From the IMG/VR virus record IMGVR_UViG_3300043811_000163, positions 1 through 56,533 of that record: a stretch of 56,533 nucleotides of DNA; one strand, written 5' to 3'. Positions 36,262 to 45,498 of the stretch are shown piece by piece; within the stretch, counting starts at the first letter, position 1; each line of letters begins with the position of its first letter. The notes under the pieces are model-generated. The model saw only the letters and a list, made by a program, of their open reading frames with translations, did not search any database and was not told the DNA's origin. The position numbers were made by a program, and so were the translations under genes. This DNA is from a virus.

Positions 36262-38118
36262 ATGGGCGTTACCGATTCGGTCAGCGTTTCGATCAGCGTC
36301 AGCTCATCGCCAGCGGTTGCCATTGAGAGTCTCCAGACTCCCCTCGTTTGTGCGTTTCACAATAACTACCCGCAGCGATTCAAGTTTTATTCGGGTCAGG
36401 GCGGCGCCGGCTTGGCGCAGATGGTCACCGATGGTTTTTTGGTCACGAGCCCAGCGTACAAGGCGGCTTCTGCGATCTGCGATCAGTCGCCGTGTCCCGC
36501 AGAATTCGCCATTGGGCGACGAGCTCTGCCCCCCCAGCAAACGCTCACGCTCACGCTCACGGACGGCACCCCAAACGATTCGTACAACCTGACGATTGTC
36601 GGAACCGACGGAGTGAGCCACGCGATCTCGTACACGATCGCAGCCAGCCCTGGTTCGGCGCTCGCGTCCTCGGCGACCACGAACGTCACGAACGGTTCGG
36701 CCGCGGTCACGTTCTCGGCCGCGCAGACCTTGCTCAAGGGCGGTGCTCTGGTCTTCGGGACCGGAGCTCAGCCGGGAGTGTTCTACTTCCTGAGCGCGAA
36801 CGTCACGGCCTCGACGTCGGGCACGCTCACTGGCAACTACCTCGGGACCTCGGACACGACGGCGCCAACCACGTACACGGCGCCGCTCACGGGCACGTTC
36901 CACACGACCGCGGGATCGAATCTCGTGCCGTCGACGAGCTCGCAAGTGGGTGTCGTAGCAGTCGGCGACGCGATCATGTTCGCGACCCAGCCGAACGTGT
37001 TCTACACGGTCACCGCGGTCTCGGCGACCGTCGTCACGCTCTCGTCGAGCTACACGGGAGCAGGATCGACGACGGACAACGCGGTCGATGTTTCGCCGGT
37101 CACGTACGCGGCAACCCAGCTCGAGACCTTGATCGCCGCGCTCACGAACGTCGGAACCGTATCCGTCACGGGCGCGGTCATCACGATTCAGCGACCCACG
37201 CCGGACGGAAAGCTCGTCGACATCCAAAGCTGGCTCACCAACGGGTTTGCGAACATCCAGCTTGCGGACACCACGGCCGATCCGGGGATCGCGACGGATC
37301 TCGCGGCAATCTACGCCGCCGATCGGCTCGACTGGTACGCGCTCGTCCTCGACTCGAACTCGGCGGCCGAGATCAAAGCGGCGGCCGCCTGGATCGAAGC
37401 GACCGGACAGGGCGGCAAGGTCTTTTTCGCGAACAACTCGGACTACGCGAACACGCTCAGCACCAGCACGACCGATCTCTTCTCGAGCCTGCAGACGTCG
37501 GGCTACAAGAAGACGCACTGCCAGCAGAACAACCAGCAGCTTCTCTGCTACGCGGGTGCTGCAGCGGCGGCCTGGGCTCTGGTGCAATCCCCGGGCTCGT
37601 ATGCGATTGCGCAGGGCGCGAATCTCATCGGCGTGCCCATCGACACCGACATCACGCTGCCGGAAGCCCTCGCGCTCGTGCTCAACGACTACACGGCGAG
37701 CAACCCGACCCTGGTCGGCAAGAGCGGCAACTTCTTCCGGCTCACGGCCAACGTGAGAGCGTCGTTCTGGGGAGTGACTCCGTCGGGCCAGTACATGGAC
37801 CTGACCATTTTCATCGACTGGCTGCAGCTCAACATGCAGGCGGACGTCTTTGCCGTGCTTGCGAGCCTGCCCAAGGTTCCCTTCACGGACATCGGGATTG
37901 GACTCATCGGCGACGCGATCGACACGCGGCTGCACATCGCCTCAGCCCCTCCGTACAACGCGATCGACCCGACCCAGCCCATCGTGGTCAATGTACCCAC
38001 GGCCGCCTCGGTCCCGACCGCGAACAAGGTCGCGCGCAATGTCCCGAACATCACGTGGTCGGCGACCTACACGAGCGCGATCGAGAGCGTGACCATCCAG
38101 GGAACGCTGGTGGAGTAA
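36262..38118 (+). CDS. Tail sheath protein (DUF3383-like) with an inserted duplicated beta domain
   Basis: DGF..TSPAYKAA, DWYAL, AAAWIEA, GQYMDL..FIDWL, KVPFTDIGI, AIESVTIQG. Confidence 0.85.
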   Translation: MGVTDSVSVSISVSSSPAVAIESLQTPLVCAFHNNYPQRFKFYSGQGGAGLAQMVTDGFLVTSPAYKAASAICDQSPCPAEFAIGRRALPPQQTLTLTLTDGTPNDSYNLTIVGTDGVSHAISYTIAASPGSALASSATTNVTNGSAAVTFSAAQTLLKGGALVFGTGAQPGVFYFLSANVTASTSGTLTGNYLGTSDTTAPTTYTAPLTGTFHTTAGSNLVPSTSSQVGVVAVGDAIMFATQPNVFYTVTAVSATVVTLSSSYTGAGSTTDNAVDVSPVTYAATQLETLIAALTNVGTVSVTGAVITIQRPTPDGKLVDIQSWLTNGFANIQLADTTADPGIATDLAAIYAADRLDWYALVLDSNSAAEIKAAAAWIEATGQGGKVFFANNSDYANTLSTSTTDLFSSLQTSGYKKTHCQQNNQQLLCYAGAAAAAWALVQSPGSYAIAQGANLIGVPIDTDITLPEALALVLNDYTASNPTLVGKSGNFFRLTANVRASFWGVTPSGQYMDLTIFIDWLQLNMQADVFAVLASLPKVPFTDIGIGLIGDAIDTRLHIASAPPYNAIDPTQPIVVNVPTAASVPTANKVARNVPNITWSATYTSAIESVTIQGTLVE

Positions 38119-38122
38119 GCAA

Positions 38123-38581
38123 ATGGCTGATTTCGCGGTCACGATCTCGGACAGCGATTCGTGGCGAGTGACCTTCGCCGGAGTCGCGCTCACGCGCGGT
38201 GCGGGCGCATCCGGTCTCGCCGATGGAGTCTTCTTCAAGGGAAGCGCAGAGAAGCCGTCCTTTACTGTCGTCGAAGGCACCGATGGGACCGTTGCGCGGT
38301 CGAAGACCAATTCGCGTCTCTACCACGTCGAGTTCCACGTCCTTCAGACCAACTCGGTCACCAACGGGTTTCTCTCGTCGATGCTCACGGCCGACGAGAA
38401 CAACCCGAACGGCGCGGGCATCGGCTCATTCGTCGCGCAGGATCTGAACGGCACTTCATACTTGAAAATGGTGAAGTGCTGGTTGGAGAAGTGGCCGGAT
38501 GCCGAACTCGATCGCACGGCGAAAGAGCGCGTCTGGCTCTTCACAGGGGTGAGAACGAAGTATATCCAGGGCGGGAACTGA
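38123..38581 (+). CDS. Tail tube protein (DUF3277-like)
   Basis: GTDGTVARS, LQTNS, DLNGT, KWPD, RVWLF; directly after the sheath. Confidence 0.85.
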   Translation: MADFAVTISDSDSWRVTFAGVALTRGAGASGLADGVFFKGSAEKPSFTVVEGTDGTVARSKTNSRLYHVEFHVLQTNSVTNGFLSSMLTADENNPNGAGIGSFVAQDLNGTSYLKMVKCWLEKWPDAELDRTAKERVWLFTGVRTKYIQGGN

Positions 38582-38682
38582 CCTACATCTCTTGGCGATA
38601 GCTCGCCGTTAGCTTTGCGTCAGGGTGATCCCACCTGGCGCGTATCCAAGAGAATCCGACGCGCGAAGAGCTCGCGGTCTAC

Positions 38683-39171
38683 ATGCCGCTGGTGTTCATG
38701 GCCGCCAAGCGTGCGATCCGGCGGCTGCCGTCGAGCGTGCAGTTCGATGATCTCGTCGCGGCGGGCACGATTGGCCTGCTCGACGCGATGCGACGATCGC
38801 CCAATCGGGGTTCTTCCTTCAGCGCATACGCGCGCGTCAGGATTCGTGGAGCCATCCTCGACGAGCTCCGATCCCAGGACTGGCTGAGCCGTAGAGCGCG
38901 CAAGCGCCTACCGGACACGGTCTTTCTCGAACTGTTAGATCACGCAATCGAAGACTCTCCGCAAGAGCGGGCCGTGCTGCGCGCATCCATTGCCCGTGCG
39001 ATCGTCAAGCTTCCCTTGCGGGAAGCCGAGATCGTTGCTGGCTACTACATCGAGGGCGTCTCATTTTTGGAGATCGCCAAGCGGCTCGAGATCAGCCAGG
39101 CGAGGGTCTCGCAGTTGCATTCGCAAGCGATGGATCGATTGCGGGCCGAACTTGCGCGGGAGGATCGCTAG
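38683..39171 (+). CDS. Minimal RNA polymerase sigma factor (FliA/WhiG-like regions 2 and 4)
   Basis: PLV..RLPSSVQFDDLVAAGTIGLLDA, FSAYARVRIRGAILDELRSQDW, LPLRE..YYIEG.SFLEIAKRLEISQARVSQLHSQA; the true start may be slightly upstream. Confidence 0.85.
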   Translation: MPLVFMAAKRAIRRLPSSVQFDDLVAAGTIGLLDAMRRSPNRGSSFSAYARVRIRGAILDELRSQDWLSRRARKRLPDTVFLELLDHAIEDSPQERAVLRASIARAIVKLPLREAEIVAGYYIEGVSFLEIAKRLEISQARVSQLHSQAMDRLRAELAREDR

Positions 39172-39180
39172 CTTGATGGC

Positions 39181-39390
39181 ATGCGCTGGTCGATTCTCGC
39201 GTTCGCGGACCGCCCGATCGCACCTCTCTCGCCCGTTCCGCCATCGCTCGAGGTGATCGAGCACGAGCCTCTCGACATTCTCACCAAACGCGAGAAGCTC
39301 GGAGCCGAAGCCAGCCGGCTGGGCGTCCGACCCGTGTTCAACCGCGATCCGTTCAGTCGCGACTACGGCAAGCTGCTAGGAGTGCGGTAA
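39181..39390 (+). CDS. Hypothetical protein
   Basis: CTAGCTT-6nt-ATG leaderless-type start. Confidence 0.5.
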   Translation: MRWSILAFADRPIAPLSPVPPSLEVIEHEPLDILTKREKLGAEASRLGVRPVFNRDPFSRDYGKLLGVR

Positions 39391-39391
39391 C

Positions 39392-39649
39392 GTGTGCCAA
39401 TGTCGTCCTAATCTTAGAACGATCTGCTGTGGCAGCACGCTCTGTCACAAGCTTGCAGGGCTCGCGCATGGCGAAGCGTGCTCCTGGTGCACTTCGCCAT
39501 CGAGCCTCGTCCTGGCCCCCAGCGATTGCGTGACGTGTCCGACGTGCAAGGGCCGTGGAACGGTGCCGCGACCGCGCAGCGTGCCACCAGGAAGCGCGGA
39601 AGGAAACTTTCGGTACGACCGGGCCTCCGAGCCGCCTGACGCGTCCTAG
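39392..39649 (+). CDS. Cys-rich small protein
   Basis: Several CxxC motifs including CPTCKGRG. Confidence 0.45.
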   Translation: MCQCRPNLRTICCGSTLCHKLAGLAHGEACSWCTSPSSLVLAPSDCVTCPTCKGRGTVPRPRSVPPGSAEGNFRYDRASEPPDAS

Positions 39650-39940
39650 CGCCTCGTGGGCGGCCTGCCGACGTGCGGGCTCCGGTCGGTCGATTTCCAG
39701 CGGCACTGTTTGACCGCGACGCGCAAGTTGTCGATGCGTGCGGTCTTCTCGTGGCCGCATTTTCGGCAGCGCACGGTGAGCCAGACATCGGAAACGTGAT
39801 CTCTTCGGACCCGTAGTACGATCCAGTCGCCAATATGCTCGCCCGCGCGGGTCTTCGGAATAGTCACCTGTCTGTCACTAAACGTAGTGGAAATTCCCTA
39901 CCTTTGCGGCACGATTAGCGCGAGGGCCGGAGCACCACCC

Positions 39941-40384
39941 ATGAAAAAGAATGCCGAGATTTCGATCGACGGTCAGCGTTACCGCCTGACGCAGCCGGGC
40001 GCCGAGACCATTGCCGAGCTCGGCGAGAAAGTGATCGAGGCAGCGGCCATGACGATGCAGGGCAAGACGGGGCTCGCGGTCGTCTTGCGCGAGGTCCGCA
40101 CCGCGCTCGTCGGAGCCTGCCAGGTGCTCGTCATCGACAGCGAAGACGAGAAGAAAAAGGCTCGCTACGTCGAATTGGCGCTCGTCTTTTCCGATCACTT
40201 CGCAGGGGATCAAGCCAAGAGTCTCGGAAAGTGGTTCGTGTGGGCCGCGAAGGAGTCCGGGTTGACCGCTTTTTTAGGTGGAATGCTGAGCGGGACAGTC
40301 CCGTCGCTGAAGGACAAACTACCTTCCGTATTCCGGATGGATGCTGCTGGTTCCTCGACCGACTCGTCTATTCCGAGCGCATGA
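39941..40384 (+). CDS. Tail assembly chaperone; -1 frameshift product extends to 40536
   Basis: Upstream of the tape measure; in-phase slippery T_TTT_TTA at 40270-40276; open -1 frame to 40536 encodes ELERDWSAEDV..MLD. Confidence 0.75.
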   Translation: MKKNAEISIDGQRYRLTQPGAETIAELGEKVIEAAAMTMQGKTGLAVVLREVRTALVGACQVLVIDSEDEKKKARYVELALVFSDHFAGDQAKSLGKWFVWAAKESGLTAFLGGMLSGTVPSLKDKLPSVFRMDAAGSSTDSSIPSA

Positions 40385-40539
40385 AGGTGCACTCGCGCGC
40401 CGAGCTCGAAAGAGATTGGAGCGCCGAGGACGTGATCGGTTCGCACCATATGCTCGACGCGATGGAGAGAGCGGAAGCGCGCGCCGCCGCGGAAGCCCGC
40501 ATGCGAGCCGGTGAAGGCCGCAGAAGGCCGAGGTGAACT

Positions 40540-42210
40540 GTGGGCGCGTTGCGGGAAATCCTGGCCGTCTTCGACATTCAAGTCCCTACAGAGGCTCTTG
40601 AGCACGGCGAAAAGAAGATCGAGGGCTTCAAGGACAAGCTGCTCGCGATCACCGGAGTCGTCGCGGAAGCCTTCGCGATCGAGAAGGTTCGCGAGTTCGT
40701 CCAAGAACAAGTCGAAGTCACGACCGCGCTCGAACGCGAATCGCAAGTCTTGGGGATCACGACCGAGGCGCTCGAGGTCTTCCGGTACGCGGCGGGCGAC
40801 GTTGGTGTCGCCACGGAATCGATGGACACCGCGATCCGGTTTTTGAACCGCAACATCGGCGAAGCCGTGGCCAAGGGCGGAGAGACTGCGGCCATTTTTC
40901 AGAAGCTACACATCGTGCTGAAGAACGCCGACGGCACGACGCGAGATACGGGCGACGTCATGGCCGATCTCGCCGACAAGGTCGCGCAGATCCCGAACGC
41001 GTCGGAAAAGACGCGGATCGCGATGGAGCTGCTCGGTCGACAAGGCGCCCAGCTCATCCCGGTCCTGAACAAGGGGCACGATGGATTTCAGGAAGCCAAG
41101 CGAGACCTCGACGAGCTCGGGGGCCCGACCTCGAAAGCGTACATTGCGGCCGCGAAAGGGATCGAGGAGTCGCAGCATCGGCTTACGGTCGGTTGGGACG
41201 CGATCAAGCGATCGATCGCGATCGAACTCTTCCCGGTCGTCAAGGGCCTGACCGATCTCTTCGTCAAGCTCGTCAAAGAGGGCATCGAGCTCACGCGGCA
41301 CACGTACATTTTGCAAGAGGCATTGGTCGCGCTCGGAGTCGTATCGACCTACAAGGCCGGCCTCGGCGTCGTCAGTCTATTGCAGAAGTTCGGTCTCTTG
41401 AAGCCGACCGTGATGGAGAACGTGACGGCTTTGCTTGGCGTCGCGCGCGCGGTGATCCCTTGGCTCGTCTTGGCTCTGATTGCCGAAGACTTTTTCGTCT
41501 TCATGAAGGGCGGCAAATCGATCATCGGCGACATTCTCGATCAGCTCTTCGGAATCGGATCCGCGGCTGCCGGCGTCATTCTGATCAAGGCAGCTTTCGC
41601 GGATCTTGTGGATGGATTGAAAGGTTTGGCAGAAGTTCTCGTGGCGGCCATGATCACGCCGCTCATGCACGCCTGGGAGATCATCAAGGGTATCGCCACG
41701 GTCTTCTACGATATTGCGACGCTCAATACGAGCCACATCGGGCAAGATCTCAAAAACATGAGCCGGGAGCTTGCCGAGACCACCTTGGCAGCGAAGAAGT
41801 CCTTCCAAGAAGGCTGGGGCATGATGACCGGGGAAGGCGGATCGCATCTCGCCAAGGGTATGGACGACGCGGCGCAGGCTATCCTCGATGCGAGAAAAGC
41901 CGCGCAGATGGACCAGCAATATGGTCCCATGTACGGGGCGAATGGAGTGTCCGGCGCGGTCGGAGTCGGAGCGATCAAGTTCAGCGGCGGACGAGGCGCG
42001 GGCCATGTGCGCGAGCCCACATCGTTCGGCTTCGGCCGTGGTGGCGAAGCGCAGAGACCGGTCGTGCATCAGCATATCACCAACAACGTGCAGATTACCC
42101 CACCGAAAGATGCCGACATCAACGAAGTCGGGGATGCACTCGGGCAAGGCGTGGCGAAACCGGTCGAGCGCGCGGCCGCGAACGCGTACACGGCAGGCAA
42201 CAAGAGCTAG
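40540..42210 (+). CDS. Tape measure protein
   Basis: ALREILAVFD start, long helical Ala/Leu-rich body, ELLGRQGAQLIPVL, EDFFVFMKGGKSIIG. Confidence 0.85.
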   Translation: MGALREILAVFDIQVPTEALEHGEKKIEGFKDKLLAITGVVAEAFAIEKVREFVQEQVEVTTALERESQVLGITTEALEVFRYAAGDVGVATESMDTAIRFLNRNIGEAVAKGGETAAIFQKLHIVLKNADGTTRDTGDVMADLADKVAQIPNASEKTRIAMELLGRQGAQLIPVLNKGHDGFQEAKRDLDELGGPTSKAYIAAAKGIEESQHRLTVGWDAIKRSIAIELFPVVKGLTDLFVKLVKEGIELTRHTYILQEALVALGVVSTYKAGLGVVSLLQKFGLLKPTVMENVTALLGVARAVIPWLVLALIAEDFFVFMKGGKSIIGDILDQLFGIGSAAAGVILIKAAFADLVDGLKGLAEVLVAAMITPLMHAWEIIKGIATVFYDIATLNTSHIGQDLKNMSRELAETTLAAKKSFQEGWGMMTGEGGSHLAKGMDDAAQAILDARKAAQMDQQYGPMYGANGVSGAVGVGAIKFSGGRGAGHVREPTSFGFGRGGEAQRPVVHQHITNNVQITPPKDADINEVGDALGQGVAKPVERAAANAYTAGNKS

Positions 42211-42219
42211 TTTTGCGCT

Positions 42220-43362
42220 GTGCCGCTCACGCAGCCCGCATCGACCCAGCCGACGGTTTACCAAGAAGCCTTCGTCCAGTACGTGGACGCGACAGGCGCG
42301 ACGCAGACCATCGTGTTCGATGCCGTTCTGACCGAGGATTGGCCGCAAGGTACGACAGTCACGGAGCACCCCGTCGAGCAGGGCGCCAACGTGGCCGATC
42401 ATGTCCGGGTCAAGCTCATCACGTGCAAGCTGAAGATCCGCGTCACGAACGAACCGCTCGATTCGAATCAGTTCACCGATCCGATTGGTGGCGCGGGCAA
42501 CTTCAGTCCTCTTGCGCTTCAGGTCCCTTCCCCGCAGCAGCAGCAGTTCGACGGCGTCGTCACGGTTCCCACATGGAACAATGGGCTCGATCAAGCCGTC
42601 CAGATCGGCACGATCGCGGGCGCTTCGAGCGATATTGCCTCTGCAGCGGCCGACGCCATCGCGAACGCGACTCCACTCGGCAATCTCTTCGGTCTCGCGC
42701 TCAAGCCGTACATCGTGGTCACGCAGACCGGAAACGAGCTCATCGCGTACCCGGACCCGGCTCTCGATGTGCCTCCCGCCATTGCAGGCTCACCGATCCG
42801 AAGCCTCGGCGATGTCGCAGGCAATGCTGTCTTCAACGCAATCGATTCTCTCGTGCCGGCCGGAGTCGAGGTCGACGAAGTCGTGCAGACCACGGCGGGA
42901 TTGCCACCGACCGCTCCGATTCCACCGATCACGGCGCAAACGATCCAATTCGATCCGACCGCGGACTACGCGCAGGCCATGATTGCGCTTCTTGGTCTTC
43001 TGAAAAATCAAGCCATGACCTTCACGGTCTACGGATCGAAACAGACGCAGCCATCGATGGTCATCGAGGATCTCACGCTGCACAGGGGAGCTCCCGAAGA
43101 AACAGGAACTGGCGCAGACATCGAGATCGGATTCAAGCAGGTTCGCATTGTCAGTACGCAAACCGTCAATGCACCACTACCCACCGTGCCGAGAGCTCAG
43201 ACACCAGTGAACAACGGTGCTCAGGATCCGGTTCCATTGACCGACCCGACCATTCAGTCGTTTCTGCATAAGACCACCACGGGCGCGATCAACTTCTTCT
43301 CGAGGGGCACGACCCCTACTCTGGGCGGACTGCCGTCGAGCGCGCAAGGGTTTACGCCATGA
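42220..43362 (+). CDS. Tail tube initiator/Dit-like baseplate protein
   Basis: FDAVLTE..TVTEHPVEQGANVADHV; MVIEDL..FKQVRIV. Confidence 0.75.
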   Translation: MPLTQPASTQPTVYQEAFVQYVDATGATQTIVFDAVLTEDWPQGTTVTEHPVEQGANVADHVRVKLITCKLKIRVTNEPLDSNQFTDPIGGAGNFSPLALQVPSPQQQQFDGVVTVPTWNNGLDQAVQIGTIAGASSDIASAAADAIANATPLGNLFGLALKPYIVVTQTGNELIAYPDPALDVPPAIAGSPIRSLGDVAGNAVFNAIDSLVPAGVEVDEVVQTTAGLPPTAPIPPITAQTIQFDPTADYAQAMIALLGLLKNQAMTFTVYGSKQTQPSMVIEDLTLHRGAPEETGTGADIEIGFKQVRIVSTQTVNAPLPTVPRAQTPVNNGAQDPVPLTDPTIQSFLHKTTTGAINFFSRGTTPTLGGLPSSAQGFTP

Positions 43363-44036
43363 GCGGCGTTCTCATCCAGACCACGAACAGCGCGTTCTAC
43401 GTGCAGACCACCACGCTCGAGGGTGTGCTCTACACTCTGTCGTTTCAATATAATCAGAGAGTGTCGGCTTACTACCTATCGATTGCAGACGCGAACGGGG
43501 TGGATATTTACAACGGCGTGAAGCTGGTCTGTAACCAGCGCCTGCTCCGAAAATGCGCGGATCCGCGCAAGCCTCCGGGTGATTTCTGGGTGATCACTTC
43601 GACCAATGATTCTTCACCTCCGCAGTTGAACGATCTCGTGATCGGGACAGGAAGATGCTCCCTCGTCTATTTCACCTCGGATTGGGTGGGTCTGATGACG
43701 GGGATCCCGCCGGGATCGTTCTCTCCGGTCGGCGACTCCGCGACCGTGCCGAGCTCATACAACCAGACCGGGATCATCCTACCGGGCGATTTTCTATCAT
43801 TCAATGGTGGCAGCCCGAGCAATCCCTACCAAGTCTCCGGCGTGACCGCGTCGGGCATCTCGCTCGCGAACGCATATGTAGCCCCGGCGAATGGGGGAAC
43901 CGGACCTGTGCGCGCGATCTGGAATAGCCCGAGCCTGTCCGTTCTTCAGGGTCGCATCCTGCAGCAAGTGCAGACCAATACGACGACCGGCACAGCGAGT
44001 ACCTACGGCAGCGGCAGTGGACAGGCACAAGCATGA
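43359..44036 (+). CDS. Baseplate protein with an appended beta domain
   Basis: QTTTLEGVLYTLSFQYNQR..YLSIAD..GVKLV; synteny. Confidence 0.7.
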   Translation: MSGVLIQTTNSAFYVQTTTLEGVLYTLSFQYNQRVSAYYLSIADANGVDIYNGVKLVCNQRLLRKCADPRKPPGDFWVITSTNDSSPPQLNDLVIGTGRCSLVYFTSDWVGLMTGIPPGSFSPVGDSATVPSSYNQTGIILPGDFLSFNGGSPSNPYQVSGVTASGISLANAYVAPANGGTGPVRAIWNSPSLSVLQGRILQQVQTNTTTGTASTYGSGSGQAQA

Positions 44037-44977
44037 CGCAGCCTGTTGGGACTCTCACGATACCGGAGATCGTCATTCAGGGCGCGGCTCCATCGACGAT
44101 CCTGTTCTCGCGCGCTTCGCGCATCACGGTGGGCACGCGACAGATCTCCAACTTCGGCCAACAGATCGGGCTCGACGTCTGGTTCTCGGTTCGACGATCG
44201 CTCAAACCGAACGAACCGAACACGTGCGACCTCAAGATCTGGAACCTGTCGGACTCGACGCGCAAGGTGCTCGAACAGAGCTCACAGATCATTCCGAGTA
44301 TCAGCTCCGCTCCGGGCGCTCCCAACACGGGAATTCCAGTCAAAATCGAAGCTGGTTACGTGGGGAATATCTATACGATCTTTCTCGGCTACATGCGCAG
44401 CGGCCAGACCGTGCGCGACGGCGACGACTTCGTGACCGAGTTCCAAACTGGCGACGGCGATGAGGCGCAAGCCATCGCGCGGATCAATCAACAGCTCGGC
44501 CCCACGAACGCGTACACAGTCGCGCAAGCACTACTCGCGGCCATGCCGAGCGTGGGCCAGGGCAATCTTTCCGCGGTCGCCGACATCTTGAAAGGGTCCA
44601 CGCTCTACCAGCAAGGCGTACTCCTCAAGGGCAACCCGAAAGAGATGCTGACGGACCTGTGCGCGTCGGTGGGACTTGAGTTCACGATCCAAGGACAGCA
44701 AGCCTTGTTTCTCTCTCTAGGGCAACCTCTCTCCGGGAGCGCGTACAAAATCTCAAGCAATACCGGTCTGGTGGGTGAGCCCAGCGTAGACACAAAGGGG
44801 ATCCTCAGCTGCGTCGTGCTGATGCTTCCCGGACTGAGGCCAGGCCAGCCGATCGTGATGGATTCGGAATTTGTACAAGGTACGTTTCGCATCACGAGCA
44901 TGACGACGGTCGGGGAAACGGCAGGAAACGAGTGGTGTCACAGACTCGAATGCAAACGTTATGGTTTGGCGGCATGA
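44033..44977 (+). CDS. Baseplate hub protein
   Basis: FSVRRS..PNTCDLKIWNLS, IEAGY, TGLVGEP, LRPG. Confidence 0.8.
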   Translation: MTQPVGTLTIPEIVIQGAAPSTILFSRASRITVGTRQISNFGQQIGLDVWFSVRRSLKPNEPNTCDLKIWNLSDSTRKVLEQSSQIIPSISSAPGAPNTGIPVKIEAGYVGNIYTIFLGYMRSGQTVRDGDDFVTEFQTGDGDEAQAIARINQQLGPTNAYTVAQALLAAMPSVGQGNLSAVADILKGSTLYQQGVLLKGNPKEMLTDLCASVGLEFTIQGQQALFLSLGQPLSGSAYKISSNTGLVGEPSVDTKGILSCVVLMLPGLRPGQPIVMDSEFVQGTFRITSMTTVGETAGNEWCHRLECKRYGLAA

Positions 44978-45015
44978 TGTGCTACATTGGGCCGATCAGC
45001 GCGGGAGGCGAGCCG

Positions 45016-45498
45016 ATGCCTCGAGTGTACATCATCAGGCCAGTTACAGAGAGATTTTTGGACCACATCGACTACAATGGGCCGATTGTAAGGCCGGATC
45101 TGGGACCGTGCCATTTGTGGATTGGTGCGCTCGACCGTCACGGTTACGGAGAGATCTCGTTGGGCCCTACGTCGCGACCAAGAGTGGGCGCTCATCGGGT
45201 GGCATTTTTGGCGCATTATGGCCGATGGCCGGAGCCAAATGCGCTCCATCGATGCGACAATCCTCCGTGCGTGCGCTGGGAACATCTCTACGAAGGAACA
45301 CATGCCGACAATAGCGAAGACATGGTAAGAAAGGGTAGAAGTGTAGCGAAAGTGACCTCGGAACAGGTCAAAGAGATACGCAAACGATACGCCTCAGGAA
45401 AGGTGACGCAGGTCCAGCTTGCCGAAGAATTCGGTCTCAGACAGACACAAATCAGCAACATAGTTCGCTATGTTCAGTGGCGATGGAACGGCAACTAA
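45016..45498 (+). CDS. HNH homing endonuclease with a C-terminal HTH
   Basis: CHLWIGA..GYG, AHRVAF, LHRCDNPPCVRWEHLYEGT..N..DMVRKGR, QLAEEFG. Confidence 0.9.
   Translation: MPRVYIIRPVTERFLDHIDYNGPIVRPDLGPCHLWIGALDRHGYGEISLGPTSRPRVGAHRVAFLAHYGRWPEPNALHRCDNPPCVRWEHLYEGTHADNSEDMVRKGRSVAKVTSEQVKEIRKRYASGKVTQVQLAEEFGLRQTQISNIVRYVQWRWNGN

Noticed and set aside
36304-38171. 543-aa minus-strand and 559-aa alternative-frame ORFs over the sheath
   Set aside because: Arg-rich shadow frames typical of GC3-biased DNA; the sheath frame carries the family motifs
41193-43271. 692-aa alternative-frame ORF spanning the tape measure and next gene
   Set aside because: Arg-rich off-frame translation with no start signals or domain motifs
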